A stretch of 64,000 nucleotides of DNA from an uncultured Verrucomicrobiae bacterium (GTDB lineage Bacteria > Verrucomicrobiota > Verrucomicrobiia > Limisphaerales > UBA11358), in NCBI GenBank assembly GCA_963827205.1, contig CAWHAH010000002.1, forward strand, positions 263,711 to 327,710, written 5' to 3'. Under the pieces are notes generated by a model, which made no database searches, had not been told where the DNA came from, and saw only the letters and a list, made by a program, of their open reading frames with translations. Shown in pieces: positions 10,184 to 19,974 of this stretch; position 1 is the first letter of the stretch; every line of letters starts with the position of its first letter. The position numbers were made by a program, and so were the translations under genes.

Positions 10184-11365
10184 ATGACCCCAAAATCCTT
10201 CCAACAAAAACTAAAACAGTTGCAGCGGGCGCACCAACAGCTTTTGAAACGACCCAACCGCAAACAGACACACGGCAACGGAATCTTCGACCGTTACGAA
10301 TTTCCGGTGCTGACCGCCGAACACACCCCGTTGTTCTGGCGATATGATTTCAACCCGGCCACCAATCCGCACCTGTTGACGCGGCTCGGCATCAACAGCG
10401 TTTTCAATGTCGGCGCGATGGAATGGAACGGGAACATCGTTCTGATGGCGCGCGTTGAGGGTTGGGACCGCAAATCCTTTTTCGCGGTCGCCGAAAGCAA
10501 GACCGGTGTGGACGGTTTCCAGTTTTGGGATTACCCGGTGCGGATGCCGGAACTGGAGGAGCAGGAAACGAATCTGTACGACATGCGCCTCGTGCGGCAC
10601 GAGGACGGCTGGATTTACGGGCTGTTTTGCGCCGAGCGGCATGACGATGCGAAGCCCGGCGATCTTTCCGCCGCCGTTGCCCGTTGCGGCATTGCGCGCA
10701 CCAAAGACCTGGTGCAATGGCAGCGGCTGGCCGATTTGAAAACAGCGGGTTCGCTGCACCAGCGCAACTGCGTGCTCCATCCCGAATTTGTAAAAGGCAA
10801 ATACGCGTTCTACACACGGCCCATGGCCGATTTTGCCGCCACCGGCAGCGGCGACGGCATTGGCTGGGGCTTGTGCGATGACATCGAAAACGCCGCGATT
10901 GACAAGGAACAAATCCTTGACCGGCGTTTTTATCACACGATTAAGGAAGGCAAAAACGGCCTCGGCCCGGCGCCCATCAAGACCCCAAAAGGCTGGTTGC
11001 ACCTTGCGCACGGCGTGCGCAACACCGCCGCCGGCATGCGCTACGTGCTCTACCTGTTCCTGTGTGATTTGAAGAATCCGGCCAAGGTCATCAAGGCGCC
11101 CGGCGGTTATTTCATGGCCCCGGAAGGTGAGGAGCGCGTGGGCGATGTTTCGAATGTTGTGTTTGCCAACGGCTGGGTGGCGCGGGCCGACGGCGACGTG
11201 TTCGTCTATTACGGCTCGTCGGATACGCGAACGCACGTCGCGACCAGCACGGTGGACCGGTTGCTGGATTACGTGTTGAACACGCCGGAAGACGGAATGC
11301 GCTCAAAGATTTGCGTTGAGCAACGGTGCCGGTTGATTGAGAAAAACCTGCGGCTGGCCCGGTAG
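10184..11365 (+). CDS. GH130 beta-mannoside phosphorylase (4-O-beta-D-mannosyl-D-glucose phosphorylase-like)
   Basis: ATG at 10184. Blocks [81 protein letters not shown] and [22 protein letters not shown] match my recollection of Bacteroides MGP. Confidence 0.92.
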   Translation: MTPKSFQQKLKQLQRAHQQLLKRPNRKQTHGNGIFDRYEFPVLTAEHTPLFWRYDFNPATNPHLLTRLGINSVFNVGAMEWNGNIVLMARVEGWDRKSFFAVAESKTGVDGFQFWDYPVRMPELEEQETNLYDMRLVRHEDGWIYGLFCAERHDDAKPGDLSAAVARCGIARTKDLVQWQRLADLKTAGSLHQRNCVLHPEFVKGKYAFYTRPMADFAATGSGDGIGWGLCDDIENAAIDKEQILDRRFYHTIKEGKNGLGPAPIKTPKGWLHLAHGVRNTAAGMRYVLYLFLCDLKNPAKVIKAPGGYFMAPEGEERVGDVSNVVFANGWVARADGDVFVYYGSSDTRTHVATSTVDRLLDYVLNTPEDGMRSKICVEQRCRLIEKNLRLAR

Positions 11366-11409
11366 AAAGCCGACGACGACAATCCATTTGGCAAAAGGGC
11401 TGTCGCGTC

Positions 11410-12523
11410 ATGAATAAACAACCAATCCTGTTCGTATTGCTGCTCGGTATGCTGTCCAACGGTTGCAGTTCCGTCAGACCGGTGACGCCCCACGCGTCGC
11501 CGGAAGCGGTGGCATTGCTGAAATACCTGCACCGCATTTCCGGCAGGCACACCCTCACCGGCCAGCACAATTATCCGAACACGCACGACACCTCCACCCG
11601 GCGGGCGGCCGCGGCCTGGGGCAAGACCCCGGCCATTTTCGGCCAGGACTTCGGTTTCGCCGCGCCGGGCGACAAGGATGCCGTAGCCGCCCGGCCCGAC
11701 ATTATCGCGGAGGTCAAGCGGCAGTACGCGCGAGGTTCAATTATCACGTTGTGCTGGCACGCCGTCCCGCCGACGGCGGATGAACCGGTCACCTTCCGGC
11801 CCAAGCGGGGCGCATCGTCGAACCAACTCGCCAGCGTTCAAGGTCGTTTGACCGACGAACAGTGGCAGGACCTCATCACGCCCGGGACGAAGCTTAACCA
11901 GCATTGGTGTGAGCAGGTAGATGTCATTGCGGGTTACCTGAAGCAACTTCGTGACGCGCATGTTCCCGTGCTCTGGCGGCCGTACCATGAAATGAACGGC
12001 GACTGGTTCTGGTGGGGCGGACGCCAGGGAAACCGCGGCACCTCCGCGCTCTACCGCCAGTTGTTCGACCGGCTGGCGAATTATCACCACTTGAACAATC
12101 TGGTCTGGATTTGGAGCGTGGACCGGCCCGGCACGAACGCCGGCCCCTTTGCCGATTATTTCCCCCGGCAAAAAATATTTTGATATTGCCGCTCTGGACG
12201 TGTACCGGAACGACTTCCAAAAATCCTATTACGACGACCTGGTCAAGCTGGCGGCCGGCAAGCCGGTTACCCTGGCCGAGGTGGGACCAGCGCCAACACC
12301 GGCAGTCCTGAAGCAGCAGCCGAAATGGACCTGGTGGATGCTCTGGCCCGGCATGGGCGGAAGAAACCCGGGTGCCAGCAAAGCCATGCAAACTCTGGTG
12401 AACGACCCTCGCTCGTTGAGTTTGAACGACCCGGCATACCTCAAGGGGATTGCCCCGATTCGCGCCGCTTCCGGCCTGGCGCCGTTGCCATTGCCACCCG
12501 CTTCCCGCCCCGCGCAAAATTGA
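11410..12523 (+). pseudogene. GH26 beta-mannanase lipoprotein with an apparent +1 frameshift in a C5 run
   Basis: Lipobox LLGMLSNGC and GH26 signature LWRPYHEMNGDWFWWG. ORF 11410..12183 and ORF 12149..12523 join as ADYFPGKKYFDIAALDVY if C5 at 12162..12166 is read as C4. Confidence 0.85.
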
Positions 12524-12570
12524 TTTGCGCGGTCACGGCTGCCAGACGGCGCGCCAGAAATTTAATAAAC

Positions 12571-12603
12571 AAAAAGGGCACCGACCTTGAATGCCGGTGC
12601 CCC
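12571..12603 (-). terminator. Intrinsic terminator for the minus-strand gene ending at 12627
   Basis: GGGCACCG (12576..12583) pairs with CGGTGCCC (12595..12602). On the minus strand the hairpin is followed by TTTTTGTTT. Confidence 0.65.
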
Positions 12604-12626
12604 TGATAAAACCACGGACTTGCTCG

Positions 12627-14744
12627 CTACGGATGCATCATCCGGAAGAAGGCTGCGTTGCCAGCTGGCAGGCTGGCGCTCGGAATCGCTCCGAGGGTGT
12701 TGGTCCCTGTAGTGTCAACATAGGTGTAGGTCACACCCGCGTCGGCCCAACTCGTCAGGTCTGGGGCGGATTGCACGCTCCAACCGAGCGCGGTCGCATC
12801 CCACTTGATCCACCAAGCGGTGCCGGCCGGTATCCAGATCGTTCTGTCGGCGGCGTACTGGTAGTATTCAGCGACCTGCCAGTTGTTGTTGGCGTCCAGC
12901 CCGGGGCCGCCGAAGCTATCATTATAGATTGTGCCAGTCGAATTGGCCACCGTGACATTGTTAATGGTGATGCTCTGGCCGTTGTTCAGGACGTTGCCAT
13001 TCTTGAACACGCCGAAGGAGATCGCCGAAGTGGCGGGGTTGAAGTTTGCCGTGTAATCCGGGTCGCTGGAGAAGTCCGGCACGGTGAAACTGTTCACGGA
13101 CTGGTCAGGCGCCGTTATGTTTCCGTGAGTGTTATCAGTGAAGTTTAACGCCCAGGTTCCATTCATACTAGCCATGGTGGGGAACGTAAAAGTAGTAATC
13201 CATTGGTTGGATTCAGCGCCATTGAACAGATTGGTCTTCCACCCGAATTGAGCAACCACCCCGCCATTGGTGCCATTTTGAACGTCCAAGCTGATCATGT
13301 CGCCGGCGTTCCAGTTGACGCCGCTATACGTTTGGTTATAACCAAAGTCGTTCTCGACCGCGGTAATCGAGTCTCCATTCCAAACGTAGATGTGGGCATC
13401 AAACGAGGGGGCCGCGGCCGGGGCCGGGCAGTTGGTGAGACTGAAAGAATAGGTCGCCGGGGTCTGCCCGATCCAGAAAAAGTCTGCCGCGGCATTGTTG
13501 GTAGTAGGAGTGCAAAAACCCTCTTGATCGTCGAGATTGAGTGTGCCATCCGCATCCACGGTCATTTGCACACCCGCCGGACTGCCCGGCGTGATCCCGG
13601 TAATTGTCGGAATCGTCTCGGGATTCCAAAGCACAATGTTGTCAATGTGAAAATTAAAGGGGGTCGTGCCGGGTTCTCCGCCCGGCGTATAGGCTTGAAT
13701 CGCGAAGCCAGCCCCGCTGGTCACGCCCGAGGCTGCACAAGGGAAGTTAAAGTGAGTCCACGTCCCAATCATGCTCGCATTAAAACTGACGTTTCCGATG
13801 TTAACCCAATTATAAGGTGAAGCAGCGTTGGCTATCGAAAACTGCATGGCGCCATAGTCGTTTGTGGTCGGCGACTGAGGGCCATCATAAAAGACATCAA
13901 CTCCAACCCATTCGTACAGGGCGGGACTTAACGAGAGATAAAGTTGCCCACCCGGGTAGGTGCCATAGGGTGGGGTGGCTTGAAGCTCCAATGAACCGGC
14001 CGGGGTGATGCTGGTCGGTCCAGCACCGGTAATCGGATTGTAATAGGGTGCATCCTCAGTGCCGTCCCATGAGCCGGCCAAACCATAGCTGGTATAAGTC
14101 ACACCGGCGCTGTTGGTGAAGGCGTCCAGCACATAGGGGTTGGCCAATGGAGAAATTACCACATTGGCAAATTCCACTGTGGTCGGGGCGGAATAGCTAG
14201 AGCTGGAGTCGGCCATAATTTGGAAAAACATTTCTCCCACCGGGTAACCCCCGGCGACATAGGGAACGGAATAGGTATAGTGTTGCCACCCAGAATCGTA
14301 AATTGTAGCAAACCCCGCAGTATGCCAATTGTAGCTGGTATCCTGAAAAACTATTTGCATGTAACCGTAGCCGCCGGATCCGCCGGGGCCCTCCGTGCCG
14401 CCCGAAAAATTCACGTCCACGTCCACGGTGGCGTAGGACAAGGAATTTATGCTCGGGGAAAAAGCCACGCCCGGTAGGGCCAAGGTGCCATACTGAGAAA
14501 CGGAACCCGTGCCATCAAAAGTGTACTCCGCACAACCACCGCCGGTCGGGCCACCGGTCGCGTTCCATGAAACCGTGTTGCCTGCAATGCCGGAAAAGTC
14601 TGTCCAGCCTTCGAGACCGGAGCTGAAGTCATAGGTGATCGGACTTACTTGCGCTTGGCACAAACTGGCGAAACCAGCCAGCGCCGCGGCGGTTATCAGC
14701 GCAGGAATCCAACGCTGCATTTTTATTTTTGTTGTCATTTTCAT
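12627..14744 (-). CDS. Large secreted protein with repeated CBM-like beta-sandwich modules
   Basis: Signal peptide MKMTTKIKMQRWIPALITAAALAGFASLCQA. Gly/Thr/Asn/Tyr/Trp-rich modules. C-terminus ends in the ...AAFFRMMHP module shared with two other secreted proteins here. Confidence 0.78.
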   Translation of the reverse strand: MKMTTKIKMQRWIPALITAAALAGFASLCQAQVSPITYDFSSGLEGWTDFSGIAGNTVSWNATGGPTGGGCAEYTFDGTGSVSQYGTLALPGVAFSPSINSLSYATVDVDVNFSGGTEGPGGSGGYGYMQIVFQDTSYNWHTAGFATIYDSGWQHYTYSVPYVAGGYPVGEMFFQIMADSSSSYSAPTTVEFANVVISPLANPYVLDAFTNSAGVTYTSYGLAGSWDGTEDAPYYNPITGAGPTSITPAGSLELQATPPYGTYPGGQLYLSLSPALYEWVGVDVFYDGPQSPTTNDYGAMQFSIANAASPYNWVNIGNVSFNASMIGTWTHFNFPCAASGVTSGAGFAIQAYTPGGEPGTTPFNFHIDNIVLWNPETIPTITGITPGSPAGVQMTVDADGTLNLDDQEGFCTPTTNNAAADFFWIGQTPATYSFSLTNCPAPAAAPSFDAHIYVWNGDSITAVENDFGYNQTYSGVNWNAGDMISLDVQNGTNGGVVAQFGWKTNLFNGAESNQWITTFTFPTMASMNGTWALNFTDNTHGNITAPDQSVNSFTVPDFSSDPDYTANFNPATSAISFGVFKNGNVLNNGQSITINNVTVANSTGTIYNDSFGGPGLDANNNWQVAEYYQYAADRTIWIPAGTAWWIKWDATALGWSVQSAPDLTSWADAGVTYTYVDTTGTNTLGAIPSASLPAGNAAFFRMMHP

Positions 14745-15331
14745 ATTGCTTGGGGGTTGGTTTTTATGGACTTGATTTGGACTTACGAAGATAAAAGGGC
14801 CATCACCTTGCCCGCAGCAGGGTGTTTTACCTGACTACGGCTGGAGATGAACGCTTTATCGCACATTTGTCTAAATGGGCTTACTAAGTTGAGTGTAACA
14901 CAAACAGACTGTTGTGCATGTCACCAGTATGGGGGACATGACACTGCGGGAGTATATCTTTCCCAATTGCAGAGATTGGCAAAAACCCAATAAATAGTGG
15001 TCAAAACGTCATTTTTTGCGTCGGGGCTTCCTGGCAGTTCTTTCTGAGGATTTGCACGAAATGTCGGGTGGTGCCCTGAGCTTAACCTTTAGCTTCATCC
15101 TCATCTTTTTCAGTTGATTAAGATTATGATAATGAATCCAGATCAGGAGAGGACCAAGTCCTGACGCGGCTCGCCGAAATGTCCGGGCCAAGGTAAGCCG
15201 GTCCATAATACCCTGCGCGAAAACAGGAAAAGGCTCAAGCCCGGGGAGGGAAGAATCAAAGCCCCGACGTGCGATGAACCGTTTTTTACTCGTCACCTTG
15301 CCCAGGTTTCCTTCATCCTGTGCGCTACCCC

Positions 15332-17920
15332 ATGAGCCGAAGATCGAAGGAAAAAGTCCCCGCCGTGCGTTCAGATGCGCCCGGTTCGTGGATCGGTGAA
15401 AGGCCGGGAGCAGCAGCCTCACACGGGCCGGAATCCGCACGCCGCCCGGCGGGTTTGTCTGACCGCTGGACGGTCTTTGGTGTTTGTCTTTTTCTGGCGG
15501 CGGCCATCTGGGTGGTCTTCGGCCAGACGCTGCATTACGCGTTTGTCAACTTCGACGACGATGATTATGTCTATGACAACCTGGAAGTGGCCCGGGGTCT
15601 GACGCTGCCGGGGATTGTCTGGGCCTTCACCCATGTCTATGCCGCCAACTGGCACCCGCTGACCTGGATTTCCCACATGCTGGACTGCCAGTTATACGGG
15701 TTGCATGCGGGTGGCCATCATCTGACCAACATCCTCTTGCACATGGCGACGGCGATTCTGCTTTTTCTGGTATTGCGCTGGATGACGGGGTTCCTGTGGC
15801 GCAGCGCGTTTGTGGCGGCGGTGTTCGCGCTGCATCCGTTGCGGGTGGAATCGGTGGCCTGGGTGGCGGAACGCAAGGACGTGCTCAGCGGCGTGTTCTT
15901 CATGTTGACCCTCTGGGCGTATGTGCGGTATGCGCGCCGTCCGTGGTCGGTTGCCCGTTATGGATGGGTGGTGCTCGCGTTTGGGTTGGGGTTGATGTGC
16001 AAGCCGATGCTGGTGACGTTGCCCTTTGTGCTGTGGCTGCTGGACTACTGGCCGCTGAATCGCGTGGCGGCGGGCGCAGGCCGCGGCCACCCTTTGCCGA
16101 TTTCACGGCGACTGATCCTCGAGAAATTGCCCTTGTTCGGGATGGCCGCCGCGGCGTGTGTGGCCACGCTTTTTGCCCAGACGGTCACCCTGGCGTCGGT
16201 CGCGCAGATTTCCCTTCCCATGCGCGTGGGGAATGCCTTGATATCCTATGTGACCTATTTGGGCCAGATGTTCTGGCCGTCGGGTCTGGCGGTTTTATAT
16301 CCGTTCACGGTAAGAAGTGTCGGGGGTTCAGCGGTGGTGCTGTCACTGGCGGTGTTGGCCGGCGTTTCCGCGGGCGTATTTGTCCTTGGTCGTGGTCGCC
16401 CGTATTTTCTGACCGGCTGGCTGTGGTATCTGGTCATGCTGGTGCCGGTGATTGGGATTGTTCAGGTGGGGGACCAGACGCGGGCGGATCGTTACACGTA
16501 TCTGCCGCAAATCGGGTTGTACATCCTGGTGACCTGGGCGGCAGCGGATTGGTGCGCGGGTTGGCGACATCGGCGCGTGGTGCTGGGCGGCCTCGCCACA
16601 GTCGTTCTGGTTGCTTTGACTTGGTGTGCGCACACGCAAACGTCTTACTGGCGGGACAGTGAAAGCTTGTGGACGCACACGCTCGCCTGCACGTCTGGCA
16701 ACTTTATTGGCCAAAACAACCTCGGCAACGCGCTGCTCCAAAATGGCGATGTGGACGATGCCATCACCCATTTCCAAGAGGCGCTGCAAATCAATCCGGG
16801 CTATGTGGAAGCCCATATCAACCTTGGCAATGCGCTGTTTCAAAGGGGCAAGGTGGACGAAGCAATCGCCCAGTACCAAAGGGCGTTGCAAATCAATCCC
16901 GACTACGCGGGAGCCCACTACGATCTCGGCAACGCGCTGCTCCGCCAGGGCAGCGTGGATGAAGCGATTGCCCAGTACCAAAGGGCGCTGCAAATCAGGC
17001 CTGATTACGCGCTCGCCCACGGCAACCTCGGCAACGCCCTGCTTCAGAAGGGCAATGTGGATGAAGCGGTCGCCCATATCCAAAGGGCATTGCAAATCAA
17101 GCCCGGCAACGCGACCGCCCACAACAACCTCGGCAACGCCCTGCTCCGAAAGGGCAGCGTAGGTGAAGCGATCGTCAATTTCCGAAAGGCTCTGCGAATC
17201 AATCCTGACTACGCGGAAGCCCACTACAACTTGGGCAACGCTTTGGTCAAAGAGGGCGATGCGGACGAAGCGATCACCCATTTCCAGAAGGCCCTGCAAA
17301 TCAATCCCGATTACGCGGAAGCCCACTATAACCTGGGCAACGCGCTGCTCCAAAAGGGCCGCGTGGACGAAGCGATTGCGCAATACCAAAAGGCGCTGCA
17401 AATCAAGCCTGACTACGCGGAAGTCCACAACAACCTCGGCAACGCGCTGCTCCAAAGGGGCGGCGTGGACGAAGCGATTGCGCAATACCAAAAGGCGCTG
17501 CAAATCAAGCCTGAATACCTGGAAGCCCACAACAACCTTGGTTTCGCGCTGCTCCAAAAAGGCAGCGTGGACGAAGCGATTACCCATTTCCAAAAGGCGC
17601 TGCAAATCAATCCGGACTACGCGGAAGCCCAGAAGAACCTGGCATGGGTGCTGGCAACCTGTCCGCAGGCTTCGCTGCGCAATGGCAACAAGGCGGTGGA
17701 ACTGGCCGAACGGGCGAATCAACTTACGAAGGGTGTAAATCCGGTCGTGCTGGTCACCTTGGCCGCCGCTTACGCCGAGGCCGGGCGATTTCCCGAAGCG
17801 GTGGCAACCGCGCAGCGCGCGTTGCAACTGGCCGAGACGCACTCCGCGCCCGCACTGGCCGAGGCCATTCACTCACAACTGAAACTCTACCAGGCCGGCA
17901 TCCCGTACCATTTACGCTGA
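15332..17920 (+). CDS. TMTC-like membrane protein (DUF1736-type domain) with a long TPR array
   Basis: About 10 TM segments. HPLRVESVAWVAERKDVLSG block. At least 12 consecutive 34-aa TPRs of the form AIAQYQKALQI.PDYAEAH.NLGNALLQKG.VDE. Confidence 0.88.
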   Translation: MSRRSKEKVPAVRSDAPGSWIGERPGAAASHGPESARRPAGLSDRWTVFGVCLFLAAAIWVVFGQTLHYAFVNFDDDDYVYDNLEVARGLTLPGIVWAFTHVYAANWHPLTWISHMLDCQLYGLHAGGHHLTNILLHMATAILLFLVLRWMTGFLWRSAFVAAVFALHPLRVESVAWVAERKDVLSGVFFMLTLWAYVRYARRPWSVARYGWVVLAFGLGLMCKPMLVTLPFVLWLLDYWPLNRVAAGAGRGHPLPISRRLILEKLPLFGMAAAACVATLFAQTVTLASVAQISLPMRVGNALISYVTYLGQMFWPSGLAVLYPFTVRSVGGSAVVLSLAVLAGVSAGVFVLGRGRPYFLTGWLWYLVMLVPVIGIVQVGDQTRADRYTYLPQIGLYILVTWAAADWCAGWRHRRVVLGGLATVVLVALTWCAHTQTSYWRDSESLWTHTLACTSGNFIGQNNLGNALLQNGDVDDAITHFQEALQINPGYVEAHINLGNALFQRGKVDEAIAQYQRALQINPDYAGAHYDLGNALLRQGSVDEAIAQYQRALQIRPDYALAHGNLGNALLQKGNVDEAVAHIQRALQIKPGNATAHNNLGNALLRKGSVGEAIVNFRKALRINPDYAEAHYNLGNALVKEGDADEAITHFQKALQINPDYAEAHYNLGNALLQKGRVDEAIAQYQKALQIKPDYAEVHNNLGNALLQRGGVDEAIAQYQKALQIKPEYLEAHNNLGFALLQKGSVDEAITHFQKALQINPDYAEAQKNLAWVLATCPQASLRNGNKAVELAERANQLTKGVNPVVLVTLAAAYAEAGRFPEAVATAQRALQLAETHSAPALAEAIHSQLKLYQAGIPYHLR

Positions 17921-18120
17921 ACCCACACCTTGAAGGTGCAAGTGAAGGGAGTCTGGCCGCTGGAAGGTTTCAATGCCATCCGTCGCTCCGCTTCGGAGGC
18001 CAAACTCTGCGTGCCGAGGGGAAAGCTTCACGTCCGCGCAGGTCACCCCCCCTTCCAATGTCGGGGTCTTCGATTCAAATAGTGAATCAGAAATTCAAAA
18101 AGCAGCCCGCGGCCGGAAAA

Positions 18121-19101
18121 TCAGTCTCCCACCCTGACGCTCCACATGCCTTCGGGAGCGGTGAGGGTTCCGCTTCCAACCGTATCCTGGATCCTGAGAG
18201 ATTCGACGTGGCCATCGTGGAACGCATAATTGAAACGGTTGTGGTGCGCCGCGTACAAAAGCTGGCCTTCATTTACGCTGTCTGTAGAAGTGGGATCTTG
18301 GGGCTTCGCGCTAGGATCTATCTGAAAGAGATCCCCGGATCCCTGCGGGCCGATGCAACAACAAGTCCAGACGTTGCCGGCAATCTGCTGGCCATGGGTG
18401 TTTTCCACCAGCATGAAGGTCCCCGACGGGTCGCGCACAACGTTGGCCGGATAGCCCAAGGGATTCCAGTTGGGAGTAGATGCACTTGCAGCTTGCCAGT
18501 ATATGCCGACGCCCAATTTCCCGACCTGATTCAAATTCTCCAGCCCAAGCGCCGTACTGCGTTGATAATCCGTACCCTGCGCCTGGCCGCACCCCACCAT
18601 GGAGTAAGAGCGCAGTGAAAACCAAGGCTGGGTGCCGCCCACCCAATTGACTTTGGGGAATTGATCTGCCGGACAAGCCAGAACCGCCGGGGCCGCGTCC
18701 GCGCCGGCGAAATCTCCTTCAAAAAAAGTGCCGTCGCCCTGCAAAATTTCAGCATCCGTCAGAGTACCGCCGAGGTATCGGTTGAGGTAGCTATCCCAAG
18801 TAAGTTGAATTGATGCAGCCGTGTCCGAACCAGCTGCCCAGGCCGCGGCCGGAAATGTATCGTTGTTGTCACCGACATAACTGGGAAAGCCCAAGGCGCA
18901 CTGGCGCATATTCGACGCACACTGCATCTTGAGCGCCCGGGCCTTGGCGGCGGCCAGCGCGGGCAGCAGAATCGCCGCCAGGATGGCGATGATGGCAATG
19001 ACGACCAGCAGCTCAATCAAGGTGAAGCCGGCCGGGGTCGCTGCGCGGGCGGCACGGCCTTTGAGAGCAGTCCGATTTGGGTTCAGGGGAATGGTTTTCA
19101 T
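18121..19101 (-). CDS. Prepilin-type N-terminal cleavage/methylation domain protein (DUF1559-like)
   Basis: [32 protein letters not shown] leader/helix and C-terminal [12 protein letters not shown] motif. Confidence 0.88.
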   Translation of the reverse strand: MKTIPLNPNRTALKGRAARAATPAGFTLIELLVVIAIIAILAAILLPALAAAKARALKMQCASNMRQCALGFPSYVGDNNDTFPAAAWAAGSDTAASIQLTWDSYLNRYLGGTLTDAEILQGDGTFFEGDFAGADAAPAVLACPADQFPKVNWVGGTQPWFSLRSYSMVGCGQAQGTDYQRSTALGLENLNQVGKLGVGIYWQAASASTPNWNPLGYPANVVRDPSGTFMLVENTHGQQIAGNVWTCCCIGPQGSGDLFQIDPSAKPQDPTSTDSVNEGQLLYAAHHNRFNYAFHDGHVESLRIQDTVGSGTLTAPEGMWSVRVGD

Positions 19102-19118
19102 GGAAAAAAGCGGTTCGG

Positions 19119-19571
19119 TTAGCGGTCAACCAGTTGGATTTGCATGCGTTTGGTGATGATATATTTTTTGCCCGGGGGCGGCGGCGGAATGGTTATACCG
19201 GCTGTCGCGGCAAATTCTTCAAAATTGGCGGGCGTTCGGCGGTTGCTTACCAGCCATCGCCCCAAGGCGCGTTGCATCTGGCCCAAATCCGGCGCGGCGT
19301 TTGCCGCGGCATTCGTCGTGACGTTCGGCGGGGCGGGCATTTCCGGAGGCGCCGGTGGTGTATTGACTGCCGCCTGGCTGGCTTCGGCTTGATTGGTGTC
19401 GGCTTGTTGGGCGCTCGGGGCGGGAGCAGGAGGCGTTGGGGTGGCGGGCGCTTTGGACTTGCCACAGCCGGTGGCAAACAGCGCCGTCCCCAAAACGAGC
19501 GCGAGATAAATCACTCGCGCTTGCGTTGACTGACCATCGGTACCCCAAGCCAAGCCGGAAAACGGTTTCAT
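19119..19571 (-). CDS. Hypothetical lipoprotein
   Basis: LFATGCGK lipobox and a Pro/Ala-rich linker. Lies 18 nt upstream of the prepilin-like gene on the same strand. Confidence 0.6.
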   Translation of the reverse strand: MKPFSGLAWGTDGQSTQARVIYLALVLGTALFATGCGKSKAPATPTPPAPAPSAQQADTNQAEASQAAVNTPPAPPEMPAPPNVTTNAAANAAPDLGQMQRALGRWLVSNRRTPANFEEFAATAGITIPPPPPGKKYIITKRMQIQLVDR

Positions 19572-19974
19572 ATCATTGGTAGTTGTTGAACGGCTGTCTT
19601 CATAAAGCTTAACCTATGCCTGCCACAAGAGAAAAGTAACCAGAATTGGGGACAAAAGCAAGCAATTTCCGCCAATTTCCGCCAATCCCTACTCACTTCC
19701 AACGAGACGCAGGGCGCAACTTGAGAGCATCTTGCCAAAGGCCCGGAGCGCGGGACCGCAGAGTTCGCACCATCCATTTTGCAGGATTGGGAGACCTTCA
19801 AACGCGTTCGCAATGCGCGGACATGGCTGTCCGCGCTCCTGTTTGATTTGGGCAACACGCCCTCGATACTACCGCTGTAGCGCAGGCTTCCAAACCTGCG
19901 GTGCCACCGCTGCCGTCCAGTCAGGCCGTTTTCCGGAATTCGACAAAATTCCCCGCCGGCGATAACATCTCAGC

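Noticed and set aside
15009-15440. 143-aa minus-strand ORF with IWIHYHNLNQ, faintly like the end of an rve-type transposase
   Set aside because: The resemblance is only a few residues. The ORF overlaps the start of the TMTC-like gene and an AT-richer intergenic region.
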